From: Candidatus Peribacteraceae bacterium
Lineage (GTDB): Bacteria > Patescibacteriota > Gracilibacteria > Peribacterales > Peribacteraceae
Assembly: GCA_030750465.1 (NCBI GenBank)
Contig: JASMHZ010000001.1
Coordinates: 47,203 to 110,012, forward strand
Reading direction: 5' to 3'
DNA length: 62,810 nucleotides
This document shows, piece after piece, positions 8,847 through 17,708 of this stretch. A program made the translations under genes and the position numbers. A model generated the notes under the pieces. It saw only the letters and a program-made list of their open reading frames with translations, was not told the DNA's origin and did not search any database. Position 1 is the first letter of the stretch. Every line of letters starts with the position of its first letter.

Positions 8847-10088
8847 CTACGGTTTCATTCGCAACAACTTAGCCACGAGTAAAGCGAGTGGAGCCGCTCC
8901 GAAGCTCAGCAGAGCACCCATCTTCACCTGATCTTGAATGGAACCAGGTTCAATGAACGCCGCAGCTGCTACGAAGAGGGCAACTGTGAATCCAAGGCCC
9001 GCTATCACACCAACGATGATTAGATGTCGATGCGTCATGCCATCAGGCAGCTTGAGCCCGAAGCACTTTTCACCCAGCAGTGTCATTCCAACGATACCGA
9101 GCGGTTTCCCGATCAGCAAACTCGCAAGGACAACCCATGTTCCAGTTCCAACGCTCGACATCACAACTCCCGCATTCATCAGTCCAAACAAACCGAGGAA
9201 AAGTTCCACTGGACGTTTCCACCAGTGCTCGAACTCGCTAAGAGTGTCATGACGATTGCGCTCCTCCATCGCAAAGATGCCGATGTCCGTCTTGGTATGA
9301 GGAAGGAACGGGATGATCGGGCACAGACCCAACGCCGCGTGAATGCCAGCCTCGTTGAAGCTGTACCAACACATGGCGCCTGGAATGCAGATGTACCACC
9401 AGAAGCTGTGAAGCTTCAGGACTTTATGGAACACCAGAGCCGTGATCATCGAGGTCGCTGTCAGTAAGAACCAAATTGGCTCGAGGGGTTTCTGCGGATA
9501 TCCCACCGCGAGAATTCCGAGGCCTCCAGCATCATCTAAAATTGCCAGAGTAAGTAGGAATGCTATTGCCACGTGTTTAGGATTCTTGAAGATGATCTTG
9601 GCAACCATGTACGAGAACGCAATGTCCGTCGCACAGGGAACCGCCCATCCACGCGAGAAGTCGTCCCACATACCAAGTGATCCTACGAGGAGTAGGTACA
9701 TTCCAGCAGGACCTGCCATCCCTCCAACTGTTGCCAGCGCAGGAAGTGGCCACTTCTTCCGTCCGTGTAATGCGCCACCCGGCAACAACGATTCGAAGAC
9801 TTCCTTCATCGCAATCGCAAAGAAGAAAGCCATTAACAAGTCGTTCACCAGAAAATGTAAATCGATTCCGTGGTGGCCACTACTCTCTACCGTCTCCGTT
9901 GCGTGCCCTTCTTCTGTATCCGAAGCGTGTTCTCCGATGAGGGGAATATGCACAAAATCGTGATAGGTATGATGATCAATATTCGCCCATACCAGAGCCA
10001 CGACTGCACCCGCGATGAGAAAGATCGAGTTCTCAAAGAGAAACCGAATCGTCCCGTTTCCATTCTTCTGCAGTCCACTGTCATTCAT
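8847..10088 (-). CDS. nhaA: Na+/H+ antiporter NhaA
   Basis: 413 aa polytopic protein. NhaA blocks include CATDIAFS and LAILDDAGG (the paired Asp). It is clearly more GC-rich than its neighbours, as shown by several long spurious antisense ORFs. Confidence 0.9.
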   Translation of the reverse strand: MNDSGLQKNGNGTIRFLFENSIFLIAGAVVALVWANIDHHTYHDFVHIPLIGEHASDTEEGHATETVESSGHHGIDLHFLVNDLLMAFFFAIAMKEVFESLLPGGALHGRKKWPLPALATVGGMAGPAGMYLLLVGSLGMWDDFSRGWAVPCATDIAFSYMVAKIIFKNPKHVAIAFLLTLAILDDAGGLGILAVGYPQKPLEPIWFLLTATSMITALVFHKVLKLHSFWWYICIPGAMCWYSFNEAGIHAALGLCPIIPFLPHTKTDIGIFAMEERNRHDTLSEFEHWWKRPVELFLGLFGLMNAGVVMSSVGTGTWVVLASLLIGKPLGIVGMTLLGEKCFGLKLPDGMTHRHLIIVGVIAGLGFTVALFVAAAAFIEPGSIQDQVKMGALLSFGAAPLALLVAKLLRMKP

Positions 10089-10710
10089 TTCTGTCGCTCT
10101 CTCATAGTTGAGGATTGAGCGTCTCGCAGACGCCCATTTGTACTTGAATTGTCAAAGACCAAGCTCCCTCTAGCAACAAGCTAAAAGAAGAGGCTTAAAT
10201 ACCATATTTGCAACCAAATATCAAGGCTCTAAGACCCCACTTTCACCTCTTCTCCTATAGGCAAATCCTTGGCATTTTTATCGAATTCTGGGTCTACAGA
10301 GAGTCTGCTTTCTTCCGGTAATACCTGCCCCTGATACTTTGACTTGAGAGAAATTGGTCGTAATCGGTTCCAGCCCATTCAACAGCAAGTTTTTGTGGGT
10401 GAAGTGCTTGGAGAGCATTCATCGTTCTTTCGTATCCATTAGGATCGTTATGCAAGACTCCGATTAAGTGCAAATTTTTCATGGAAGAGGGAATTGTATT
10501 TGTTAAGTTAAATTAACACAAGACTTTATCTTCGATATTTTGTGCCTCAATGAAAATGGTTTCACCAAAAATTTCAAGCAAAAGCACAGCTGCACATCGT
10601 CACGAATCCGCCGCGGCGGCTGGTTTTTACTGCGCCCGCCCGCAGCCGCCGCGCCGCACTTTTTTCGCAACCGCGGTTCTGATAATTTCGTATCCGCGCC
10701 ACCATGAACA

Positions 10711-11874
10711 TTAAGTAACAATCTCTTCAACCTTGCCTGACTTCACAGCTGACGCAATCTCCATCGCCACTCTTTCTCCAACACTTATTGAATCACCGTA
10801 CAAGTAACGCGTATAAGGAGTTGCGACTGTACCGGGTGAACCAGGGATTCTCATGGAAACATCAAATATTACAATATCCTCGCTTCCTTCTTCGGCTGTT
10901 ACAGCACCCTGAAGTGCGAACGGTCCTATCATTCCTTTGGTAGAAGGATCTACCTCTGGAGTCAGATTTTTGACGGCTGATACGAACTTTTCTCCCAGAT
11001 CAAATGCCTTTTCCAGTATCGATTCTTTGACCGTAACTGCGATGTGTCCCGTCTCTATCATCTTTGGACTGATGCCGAATTCAAGAGCATGTTTTTGTTG
11101 AGGCGCCAACATTCTGAAGAATCCATCTAAGTTTGTCTGTCTCCTCATATCCGTTCCCATCAATTCCAGTTCACCTGATAGTGGTGAATAGAAAAAGTTG
11201 AAGTTCACATGAGCGCCCACTATAAACTCTTCGATAGTTGCATCGCGCCAATTTGATGCAACTTTGCCTTCTTTCTCGAGTTTAGCTCCTTCCTTTCCCC
11301 ATGATTTCTTATCGTTTGCGATAAAAAATGCACGTTCATAAGTTCGTTCTGCTTCATTTGCCTTAACAAGAACCGGACAATCGATCTCATCAGGCGACTT
11401 GAAGATCTTGGGAATTCTAATACCTGCAAGATTAAGCAAATCATACTGGGTAAAGTGCTGATCGCGCTCTTCAACTCTGAGTAAGTATCGTGATCCGAAT
11501 ATCGGAACCATGAAATTATTCTCGACCTGAGCAAAGTCATCAAAGTAAACCCAGAAGTATCTGTTGTGAATGAATATGGTATTTAAGTCTCTTAAGTTTC
11601 TCTGCACATCCTCATTCAAAATGTCTTGGAACTGATCAACAACAATTAATTCATCAATACAACCAATATCATCCGACCTGTGACCTGTAACCTGTGACCT
11701 GCGACTCTTATAATACTTCTCATAAGTCTTCTCCCTCCCCTTCCTCGCAACACAAACAGTTTTAAATCCGTGTTTCTTGGCTCCGTGGCAGACGTCAAGT
11801 GCTGAATGTCCGCCAAGAACACCTATTGTTAGGTTCTTTAAGTCGTAGCCTTTGAGTAATTCATCGGTATTCAT
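10711..11874 (-). CDS. purP: archaeal-type FAICAR synthetase (PurP-like ATP-grasp), paralogue 1
   Basis: 387 aa. IGVLGGHSALDVCHGAKKHGFKTV..KGREKTY aligns with paralogue 2 and the PurP family (DUF1246/DUF1297). It carries an in-frame insert encoded by an ACCTGTR microsatellite. Confidence 0.75.
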   Translation of the reverse strand: MNTDELLKGYDLKNLTIGVLGGHSALDVCHGAKKHGFKTVCVARKGREKTYEKYYKSRRSQVTGHRSDDIGCIDELIVVDQFQDILNEDVQRNLRDLNTIFIHNRYFWVYFDDFAQVENNFMVPIFGSRYLLRVEERDQHFTQYDLLNLAGIRIPKIFKSPDEIDCPVLVKANEAERTYERAFFIANDKKSWGKEGAKLEKEGKVASNWRDATIEEFIVGAHVNFNFFYSPLSGELELMGTDMRRQTNLDGFFRMLAPQQKHALEFGISPKMIETGHIAVTVKESILEKAFDLGEKFVSAVKNLTPEVDPSTKGMIGPFALQGAVTAEEGSEDIVIFDVSMRIPGSPGTVATPYTRYLYGDSISVGERVAMEIASAVKSGKVEEIVT

Positions 11875-11920
11875 TTGGCTTGTCGCTAATTGTTAATTGT
11901 TAATTGTTAATTGTCAATTG

Positions 11921-12979
11921 TCATCCTAATACATCCTCCAATCTCCCCTGCTCAATTGCCTGCTTAATATCTCTAGAAAGCCTCCGCCCCGTACTCATAG
12001 GCTCGGAGTATCTGAGAGCTGTGTAAGGAGAACCTTCAACGAACGGATTTGTACCCGCAACAATCCTTGCGCTTATCTCGAATACGAAAATTTCAAGCTT
12101 TCTTGTAACAATTGTCTCTAAACAGAACGGGCCGAATAAACCTTTCCCTCCACAAAGTTCCTGACTCGTTTTTATCACCCTCTCACCCATATCGAACATT
12201 TCGGGAAGCAATGACTCTCTGACCACAACAGGGATGTTGCCTACAATCGTGTAGCTGGTGTGAATTTTGGCTACTAATTGATCTTCCGCCTTTATTCGCC
12301 CAATTGAATCTGCATTGGACTCGTATCTCTTATCAAAACTCATGATTTCAAGCTCTTCTGTAACGGGCGAATAGAAGTAATGGATATAAAGTGGAACCCC
12401 AACAATGTATTCCTGTATTGCGAAGTCATTCTGATCCGGATATTTGCGGTTTTTAACTTCATAGAATTGCTCGGGAGTCTTTGCAACGAAATATCCAAAT
12501 CCCCCACCTGCTCCATGGAATTTAATAATTACAGGCTTGTCTATATCTTCAGGTTTTGGATAAAGTCTTGGAAGTTTAAGGCCCGATTTCTCCATCCATA
12601 CCCTCTCTTTGTTTCTGTCCGATTCCCATTCCAGAATATCCTTTGTGCCATAGTACATTGCCTGGAGTTTTTGTACTCTGTCATGGCCCATGTAGGAGAT
12701 AAATGATCCGTGAGGAATTACAATTGCATTTCTTTTAATGAGCTCCTCCTCCAGCTTTTCGTCCCAGTCCGCGAATTTATTTAATGTGAGTATTTCATCT
12801 GCAACAGGGTAATTTTCTGTATAAAGCTTCTCGCGCCCTTTCTCGCAAATCGCAAGCGTTTTCATTCCTTCGTCTTTGGCTCCTTTAAGGATTTGGAGTG
12901 CGCTGTGGCTGCCAAGAGTCGCGATCACGAAGTCCTTCGGATCTGTAGATGCCGGCAATATGGGATGCGGAGTTGCCAT
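11921..12979 (-). CDS. purP: archaeal-type FAICAR synthetase (PurP-like ATP-grasp), paralogue 2
   Basis: 352 aa. IATLGSHSALQILKGAKDEGMKTLAI..KGREKLY is the PurP N-terminal signature, followed by an ATP-grasp C-terminal half. Confidence 0.8.
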   Translation of the reverse strand: MATPHPILPASTDPKDFVIATLGSHSALQILKGAKDEGMKTLAICEKGREKLYTENYPVADEILTLNKFADWDEKLEEELIKRNAIVIPHGSFISYMGHDRVQKLQAMYYGTKDILEWESDRNKERVWMEKSGLKLPRLYPKPEDIDKPVIIKFHGAGGGFGYFVAKTPEQFYEVKNRKYPDQNDFAIQEYIVGVPLYIHYFYSPVTEELEIMSFDKRYESNADSIGRIKAEDQLVAKIHTSYTIVGNIPVVVRESLLPEMFDMGERVIKTSQELCGGKGLFGPFCLETIVTRKLEIFVFEISARIVAGTNPFVEGSPYTALRYSEPMSTGRRLSRDIKQAIEQGRLEDVLG

Positions 12980-13053
12980 AAAAATTGGGTTTCGGTCATT
13001 TTACTAAAAATCACCAAGAAATCAAGGTATAATTGGGAGAATTACAATTGGGC

Positions 13054-13674
13054 CTACACCGCTGATACTCCTTGAAAAGGGACTTCGGACTCAAAACAGA
13101 CACTTGGAGTCATTCCAGCAACAGCTTTTATTAACTTTGGATTACTTTCATATTCCGGCGGTCTCCCATATTGCCTTTTTACAAATAATTCGGGTTTATA
13201 TACAACCGGAAACTCGACAGCAACATCTGCAGCATTCGGAACATGTGTAGTTGGATCAGAGATAAGATGAGCAACACGAGCTTGAAACAATTGCCCAACT
13301 GCAACCCATCCTGGATCGTCACCAATCTGTTCACCCAATAAATGTTTATCAAGATCCAGATAATGCAAAACCTCATCTTGCATTTTCATGAGTTCTCTTT
13401 CCAGAGCTTCGAAATCAACCGGATGTCCATTGCACATATCTCTGACAAATTTAGCAAAGATGGCTCCCCACACTGATACGAGTTCTGACTCACTTAATTT
13501 CCATTTGTCTGCTTCTAAATTTGGTTTCCAAAGACTTATGACCCTTCCTTGCATCAATATGATGTCTCCTTTAGTAACCTGACTCCCATCAGAATGGCGA
13601 GCAAGAGTATCCATCTGCGAAAAATCTACTCTTTCTTTTTTATAATGCAAGACCATTGTTCCGTACCGTTGCAA
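13054..13674 (-). CDS. hypothetical protein
   Basis: 206 aa ORF with no recognisable motif. Confidence 0.5.
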   Translation of the reverse strand: MQRYGTMVLHYKKERVDFSQMDTLARHSDGSQVTKGDIILMQGRVISLWKPNLEADKWKLSESELVSVWGAIFAKFVRDMCNGHPVDFEALERELMKMQDEVLHYLDLDKHLLGEQIGDDPGWVAVGQLFQARVAHLISDPTTHVPNAADVAVEFPVVYKPELFVKRQYGRPPEYESNPKLIKAVAGMTPSVCFESEVPFQGVSAV

Positions 13675-13748
13675 CGGGGCGACTTTGGCTTGTAGAAAAG
13701 CAAACCTTTCATTGCAATCAATATAAAACCCTATAGAATATTTTGGCT

Positions 13749-14990
13749 ATGAATAAGCGTTTAGTTGTATTTTTGAGTCTTGCCTTCGTCCCGATACTAA
13801 TCATCGGGGCCTTGTTCCCGAATCGAATTCTTAATAGAAGAGATTCAGCTTTCGAGTCTGTTAAGGGGTCCGACATTGTTGTATTTGCGAGTGCAGACTG
13901 TCCTCACTGTGCTGAATTCAAGGAGTATGCGACTCTTCAAAATTGGGAAGTGGAATATCTGGAGATTTCTGAAGTGGAGAGCCAGAGGCTTTATGCCAAA
14001 TTAAAAGATAGAGCTCCTCTGCTCCAACAGGCAGTCCCCATCATCTACGTGAACGGGAATGTAGTTCAGGGATACAAAGACAACCAATCCACTGGGCAAA
14101 TGATCTCTCTTATGTTGCATCAATGCAGAGATTCGAATAAGGAATGCCAACCGTTCAGAGACTTTCTAAAAAGTCCGATTCACATAGAAATTCAGACAGC
14201 GGAAGGAATCTGCACGGAAGAGTGTGAATTGAATCTGGATAAATATGTGTTTGATCTGCGCGTGTTTGGAAAAGTGGATCTGACTACCCTTTCTCTGCCA
14301 GCTCTATCGCTACTTCTGGGATTCTTGGATGGATTTAATCCGTGCGCAATGTGGGTCTTGATTACGCTTTTGACGCTGCTGCTTGCAACCAATGATATGA
14401 AGAAGATATGGACTATTGGAGGAATATTCCTGTTTGTAAGTGGAGCAGTTTATTACTTCTTCATCGCAGCATGGCTTAATGCATTCCTGTTAGTTGGATT
14501 TAATGTGTGGGTTCAGAAAATCATAGGGTTAGTTGCAATTGGAGGCGGAGGTTTCTATTTGTATGAAGCAATAGGAAAAGATCCCAATGAATGCAAAGTT
14601 GGAAATCTAAGCCAAAAGCAAAAGACGATAAATAAAATGAAGGACGTGATTAATAGAACCTACTGGCCCGCGATGATTATTGGAGTCGCGATACTCGCCT
14701 TCTCTGTAAATTTGATCGAGCTTGTATGCACTGCAGGACTGCCCGCAGTCTTTACTCAAATACTTGCGTTTAATGACGTTGGAAACTTAGCCCGTTACGG
14801 CTACATGCTCCTCTTCATCATTATGTACATGATTGATGATCTTGTAATCTTCACAATCGCCGTTTACACATTGCACGCAACGGGACTGACTAAAAAATAC
14901 GCCAGGTTCACTCTAATATTCGGAGGAGTGCTTATGTATGGACTAGGAATGTTGATGTTGTTTGCACCGGAGTTGCTGACGTTTTCTTAG
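13749..14990 (+). CDS. thioredoxin-fold (CPHC) domain fused to a CcdA/DsbD-like membrane domain
   Basis: N-terminal TM helix, FASADCPHCAEF redox motif, then a six-helix domain with the GFNPCAMWVL motif typical of disulfide-reductant transporters. Confidence 0.7.
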   Translation: MNKRLVVFLSLAFVPILIIGALFPNRILNRRDSAFESVKGSDIVVFASADCPHCAEFKEYATLQNWEVEYLEISEVESQRLYAKLKDRAPLLQQAVPIIYVNGNVVQGYKDNQSTGQMISLMLHQCRDSNKECQPFRDFLKSPIHIEIQTAEGICTEECELNLDKYVFDLRVFGKVDLTTLSLPALSLLLGFLDGFNPCAMWVLITLLTLLLATNDMKKIWTIGGIFLFVSGAVYYFFIAAWLNAFLLVGFNVWVQKIIGLVAIGGGGFYLYEAIGKDPNECKVGNLSQKQKTINKMKDVINRTYWPAMIIGVAILAFSVNLIELVCTAGLPAVFTQILAFNDVGNLARYGYMLLFIIMYMIDDLVIFTIAVYTLHATGLTKKYARFTLIFGGVLMYGLGMLMLFAPELLTFS

Positions 14991-15120
14991 GACAATCAAC
15001 ACGCTCGGCCTTCGGCCTCGCTTTCAACACATTATATTCTCAACAATCAACTTTTGTTGACTGTTGATTGTTGACAGTCCGCCGCAGGCGGACGTGTCGA
15101 TTGTTGATTGTCGATTGTCA
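14991..15120. repeat. REP-like compound repeat (CAATCRAC arrays around GC hairpins)
   Basis: GACAATCAACACGCTCGGCCTTCGGCCTCGCTTTCAAC..CAACAATCAAC..GTTGACTGTTGATTGTTGACA-GTCCGCC-GCA-GGCGGAC-GTGTCGATTGTTGATTGTCGATTG. Confidence 0.8.
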
Positions 15121-15834
15121 TCTAAGCATCTCATATCTCCTAGTCTGCCTTCCAATATACCTCTGCCCCTCGCGCTGAGCTACTATGCATCTGGTGTAGC
15201 GCTGGGTAGTTATACCGTATTTATTGCAATCATTGTTAACTCCCGTATTTGTATTCTGAACGTTGTATTGAACTTGATCTGGCTGTCTGCGCTTGGGAGC
15301 AACTCCGGTTTTTGACATGCTTCTTTTTACCTTCACCTGATTTAGCTGAACAGATGATGGACCACGCTGATCGTATATTTTTTGTCTGTATGCCTGGCAA
15401 GAAACCGCCGCATCATCAAGAACTGCAATAACCCTTCGTCTTATATCCATATCCGAGTGGTTCGCTGGGATTGATCTTTTAAGGACTTCTCTTATTTGCG
15501 AAATTACTCTGAGTCTTTCCGCACATTTCTTCCCTACTGCTTGAGTCTTGACTTCTGATGCTGCAACTCTATTTGGTGTACGCGGATATCTGGGATCATT
15601 AACAACTTGAGACTCGCTGTAAGTGGTATCTTCTCGAGCTGCAATATTACGCCTGTTGTAGGCTCTGGTGTCTATGCCGGACATATCAAGTCCTCGGAAA
15701 GCTATTGAATTATTCAATATTGAACCCGCTAAATGAGCTGTCATTGAGTAATCTTGCGTATAAAGGATGGTTCCTGCGCCTAGGATTACTCCTACGACGA
15801 CTCCGCAAATGCCTATGCTTGCATTATTTGCCAT
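15118..15834 (-). CDS. hypothetical membrane-anchored protein
   Basis: 238 aa with an N-terminal hydrophobic helix (GICGVVVGVILGAGTILY). The rest is polar and basic. Confidence 0.5.
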   Translation of the reverse strand: MANNASIGICGVVVGVILGAGTILYTQDYSMTAHLAGSILNNSIAFRGLDMSGIDTRAYNRRNIAAREDTTYSESQVVNDPRYPRTPNRVAASEVKTQAVGKKCAERLRVISQIREVLKRSIPANHSDMDIRRRVIAVLDDAAVSCQAYRQKIYDQRGPSSVQLNQVKVKRSMSKTGVAPKRRQPDQVQYNVQNTNTGVNNDCNKYGITTQRYTRCIVAQREGQRYIGRQTRRYEMLR

Positions 15835-16067
15835 GGCGAAAGTTGGGTATGTGTTATGTATATTATACTATAAATTACCATTTTAATCAAATATGTAAAT
15901 CTGACATGTATATCATAGGAAATAGAGGATTCATCCCAAACCAGATCTGGAGGCTGTACGGTGAGCCCCTCTCCCTAGGGGAGAGGGGAATCGCCAAAGA
16001 ATTCTACAACCACATAGATCTTCATTCTTCTAATTTTTTCAGGCATACTTGCCTGCGATTATTACGT

Positions 16068-16142
16068 GGTGCCGTAGCCAAGTAGTAAGGCAGCGGTCTG
16101 CAAAACCGCTATACGCGGGTGCAATTCCCGCCGGCACCTCCA
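16068..16142 (+). tRNA. tRNA-Cys (anticodon GCA), CCA encoded
   Basis: Acceptor GGTGCCG/CGGCACC, anticodon stem-loop GCGGT-CTGCAAA-ACCGC, T-arm GCGGG-TGCAATT-CCCGC, discriminator T, CCA. Confidence 0.9.
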
Positions 16143-16170
16143 TTGACAATAGCCAAGCGCGATGTACATT
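16143..16170 (+). promoter_or_regulatory. sigma70-type promoter abutting the tRNA-Cys CCA end
   Basis: TTGACA (16143-16148), 16 nt spacer, TACATT (16165-16170). ATG 16177 follows 6 nt after the -10, so the transcript is predicted to be leaderless. Confidence 0.55.
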
Positions 16171-16176
16171 AGTCTT

Positions 16177-16677
16177 ATGAAAAACCGAGAGACATCTTAT
16201 TCTGGCTTAATATTTGTATTGCTGATAATGGGGATAATGTTCCTATTGGTAGGAATTGATGAGGTAAGAAATAGTAATTACAACACAGGAATACTTGGTG
16301 TGTTGCTTGGAACCACTATGTTGATGCTGTCTGTCGTATTTTTTGATTATTCTAGAAAAAGGAAGGAGGCACAAGAAAATTTAAAAAATAGTGGAGTAAC
16401 AGTAAAAGGAGTTGTTATTAAAATAAAAGAAACAGGAGGATGGCCACTAATCCCCATAAGACGTGTAACAGATTACCGCATTATATTCGAATATAAAGAT
16501 CCCATTAGCCATGAAACAAAGAGGGGCACTAGTGGCTCATTAAGATTTAAGCCTTCGATAAATAAGGGGGATCAAATAGATATTGTTGTGAATCCAAACA
16601 AAAAAAATTGCTACATGATAAAAAGCGAGGAAATACCATTTAATAAAAATTCTTGGTTTAAATTTAAATGGTATTAG
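16177..16677 (+). CDS. cassette 1: small 2-TM protein with C-terminal beta-rich domain (DUF3592-like, tentative)
   Basis: 166 aa from ATG 16177. Two N-terminal TM helices are followed by a soluble domain. The unit is visibly more AT-rich than its flanks. Confidence 0.55.
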   Translation: MKNRETSYSGLIFVLLIMGIMFLLVGIDEVRNSNYNTGILGVLLGTTMLMLSVVFFDYSRKRKEAQENLKNSGVTVKGVVIKIKETGGWPLIPIRRVTDYRIIFEYKDPISHETKRGTSGSLRFKPSINKGDQIDIVVNPNKKNCYMIKSEEIPFNKNSWFKFKWY

Positions 16678-16705
16678 TCTGATGTAAATCCAACCTAATA
16701 AGATA

Positions 16706-16761
16706 ACAACCTGTAACTCCGGCACCTCCAAGTTTACATAAAAACAACAAAGTGGTACAAT
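16706..16761 (+). repeat. R1: copy of the tRNA-Cys 3' end fused to a promoter
   Basis: AACAACCTGTAACTCCGGCACCTCCAAGTTTACA. The core CCGGCACCTCCA (16719-16730) is identical to tRNA positions 16131-16142. TTTACA-17-TACAAT lies at 16733-16761, with ATG 16769 located 7 nt after the -10. Confidence 0.8.
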
Positions 16762-16800
16762 GATCAACTATGGGGGAAAAAGCGAAGTGCAGGCGTTTTA

Positions 16801-17310
16801 GTGACCATTGATCATGGTGGAGAAAAGAAGGCGATTCTACAAATTAGAGATAGCTCTGATTCATATCCCGGGTGCGCACAAGTTACATTTCATGGAAAAA
16901 TGGAGAGAGATCATTACGGTGAATTGGAACAATTCGTAGATGGATTACGTCGTGAATTATACGAAGAAGCACATGAATTGTTTAAGCGTGCGAGTCTAAT
17001 GCCTAATTCAGCATTATTTAGCAGATTTCGAGATTTTCCCGAAATGCAAATTGCATCTTGTATTAGAAATAAGAAGCAGCAAGTGGTGACATTACTATGT
17101 CACATTAATGATCCAGAATTATATGATCAGATAAAGCCTCTATTTGATGCGGGTGTATTGAGACTAGTCGGCGAAGATGATTTAGATAATTTATGTGCTA
17201 TTGAAAAAGGTAATGCTGCTCAAAAGCAGTATGGCATGGGTGACGGGCTCATAGGAATGCACGCTGACGAATTCGAAGTTGTTCAGTCTGTTTTAACCGA
17301 GCAGGAGTAG
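16801..17310 (+). CDS. cassette 2: hypothetical protein with degenerate Nudix-like box
   Basis: 169 aa from GTG 16801 (the alternative ATG is 16900). ..E-x7-RELYEE.. resembles the core of the Nudix box. A 13-codon leaderless uORF (16769-16810) overlaps the GTG. Confidence 0.45.
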   Translation: MTIDHGGEKKAILQIRDSSDSYPGCAQVTFHGKMERDHYGELEQFVDGLRRELYEEAHELFKRASLMPNSALFSRFRDFPEMQIASCIRNKKQQVVTLLCHINDPELYDQIKPLFDAGVLRLVGEDDLDNLCAIEKGNAAQKQYGMGDGLIGMHADEFEVVQSVLTEQE

Positions 17311-17332
17311 CTAAATCTATCTGTATAAAGTA

Positions 17333-17387
17333 GTAACCTGTAACCCCGGCACCTCCAAATTTACAGGCAGCAAAAAAGTGTTAATAT
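17333..17387 (+). repeat. R2: copy of the tRNA-Cys 3' end fused to a promoter
   Basis: AGTAACCTGTAACCCCGGCACCTCCAAATTTACA with core at 17346-17357. TTTACA-16-TAATAT lies at 17360-17387, with ATG 17394 located 6 nt after the -10. Confidence 0.8.
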
Positions 17388-17393
17388 CGAGGC

Positions 17394-17567
17394 ATGAATG
17401 GAATAAACTGGAGTAACCTTGCCGCAGTATGCTCAAAGTACAATAGCCAGGATGAGGTCTTTGATTCGGCAGATATCCAAGATGCAAAGCAACGGGAATT
17501 TCCGAAATTACGTACAATAATCGAATCTCGACTCAATCAAATAACAGCACAAGGACGATTTAAATGA
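17394..17567 (+). CDS. cassette 3a: small hypothetical ORF (57 aa)
   Basis: MNGINWSNLAAVCSKYNSQDEVF..AQGRFK, below the ORF-track length cut-off. It starts at the predicted leaderless position and ends at a TGA that is in frame with ORF 17709-18035. Confidence 0.3.
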   Translation: MNGINWSNLAAVCSKYNSQDEVFDSADIQDAKQREFPKLRTIIESRLNQITAQGRFK

Positions 17568-17708
17568 TGGATAGCACTGTATCAACCTGCAACTCCAGGA
17601 GTTCAGAGAGTTCAGTCAGTTATCACCCGGGAAGAAGCTGAACCGCACTGTGAACGTTGCGAAGAACTCCTTTCATCTGCAATTGATTTTGCACATCAAG
17701 AGATTGAG

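Noticed and set aside
8938-10118. Five plus-strand ORFs of 82-173 aa overlap nhaA (8938-9252, 9024-9467, 9442-9963, 9677-9940, 9870-10118). ORF 9887-10084 is on the minus strand.
   Set aside because: They are antisense or out-of-frame shadows of a GC-rich gene. Their composition is Arg/Pro/Ser-rich and they have no motifs.
10089-10290. I looked for a cation riboswitch (nhaA-I-like motif) upstream of nhaA. The hairpin GCGTCT-GCG-AGACGC is present.
   Set aside because: I cannot recall or verify the consensus, there is no terminator, and a single short hairpin is not sufficient.
10294-10482. A 62-aa ORF (MKNLHLIGVLHNDPNGYERT..) faintly resembles the N-terminus of TraB/GumN-type proteins.
   Set aside because: It is too short, has no continuation in frame and the match is weak. 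It is probably a gene fragment in a decayed region.
10503-10730. A 75-aa minus-strand ORF runs across a GC-rich patch.
   Set aside because: It overlaps the purP 3' end, its composition is Ala/Gly/Arg-rich, and it covers palindromic GC repeats (CCGCCGCGGCGG).
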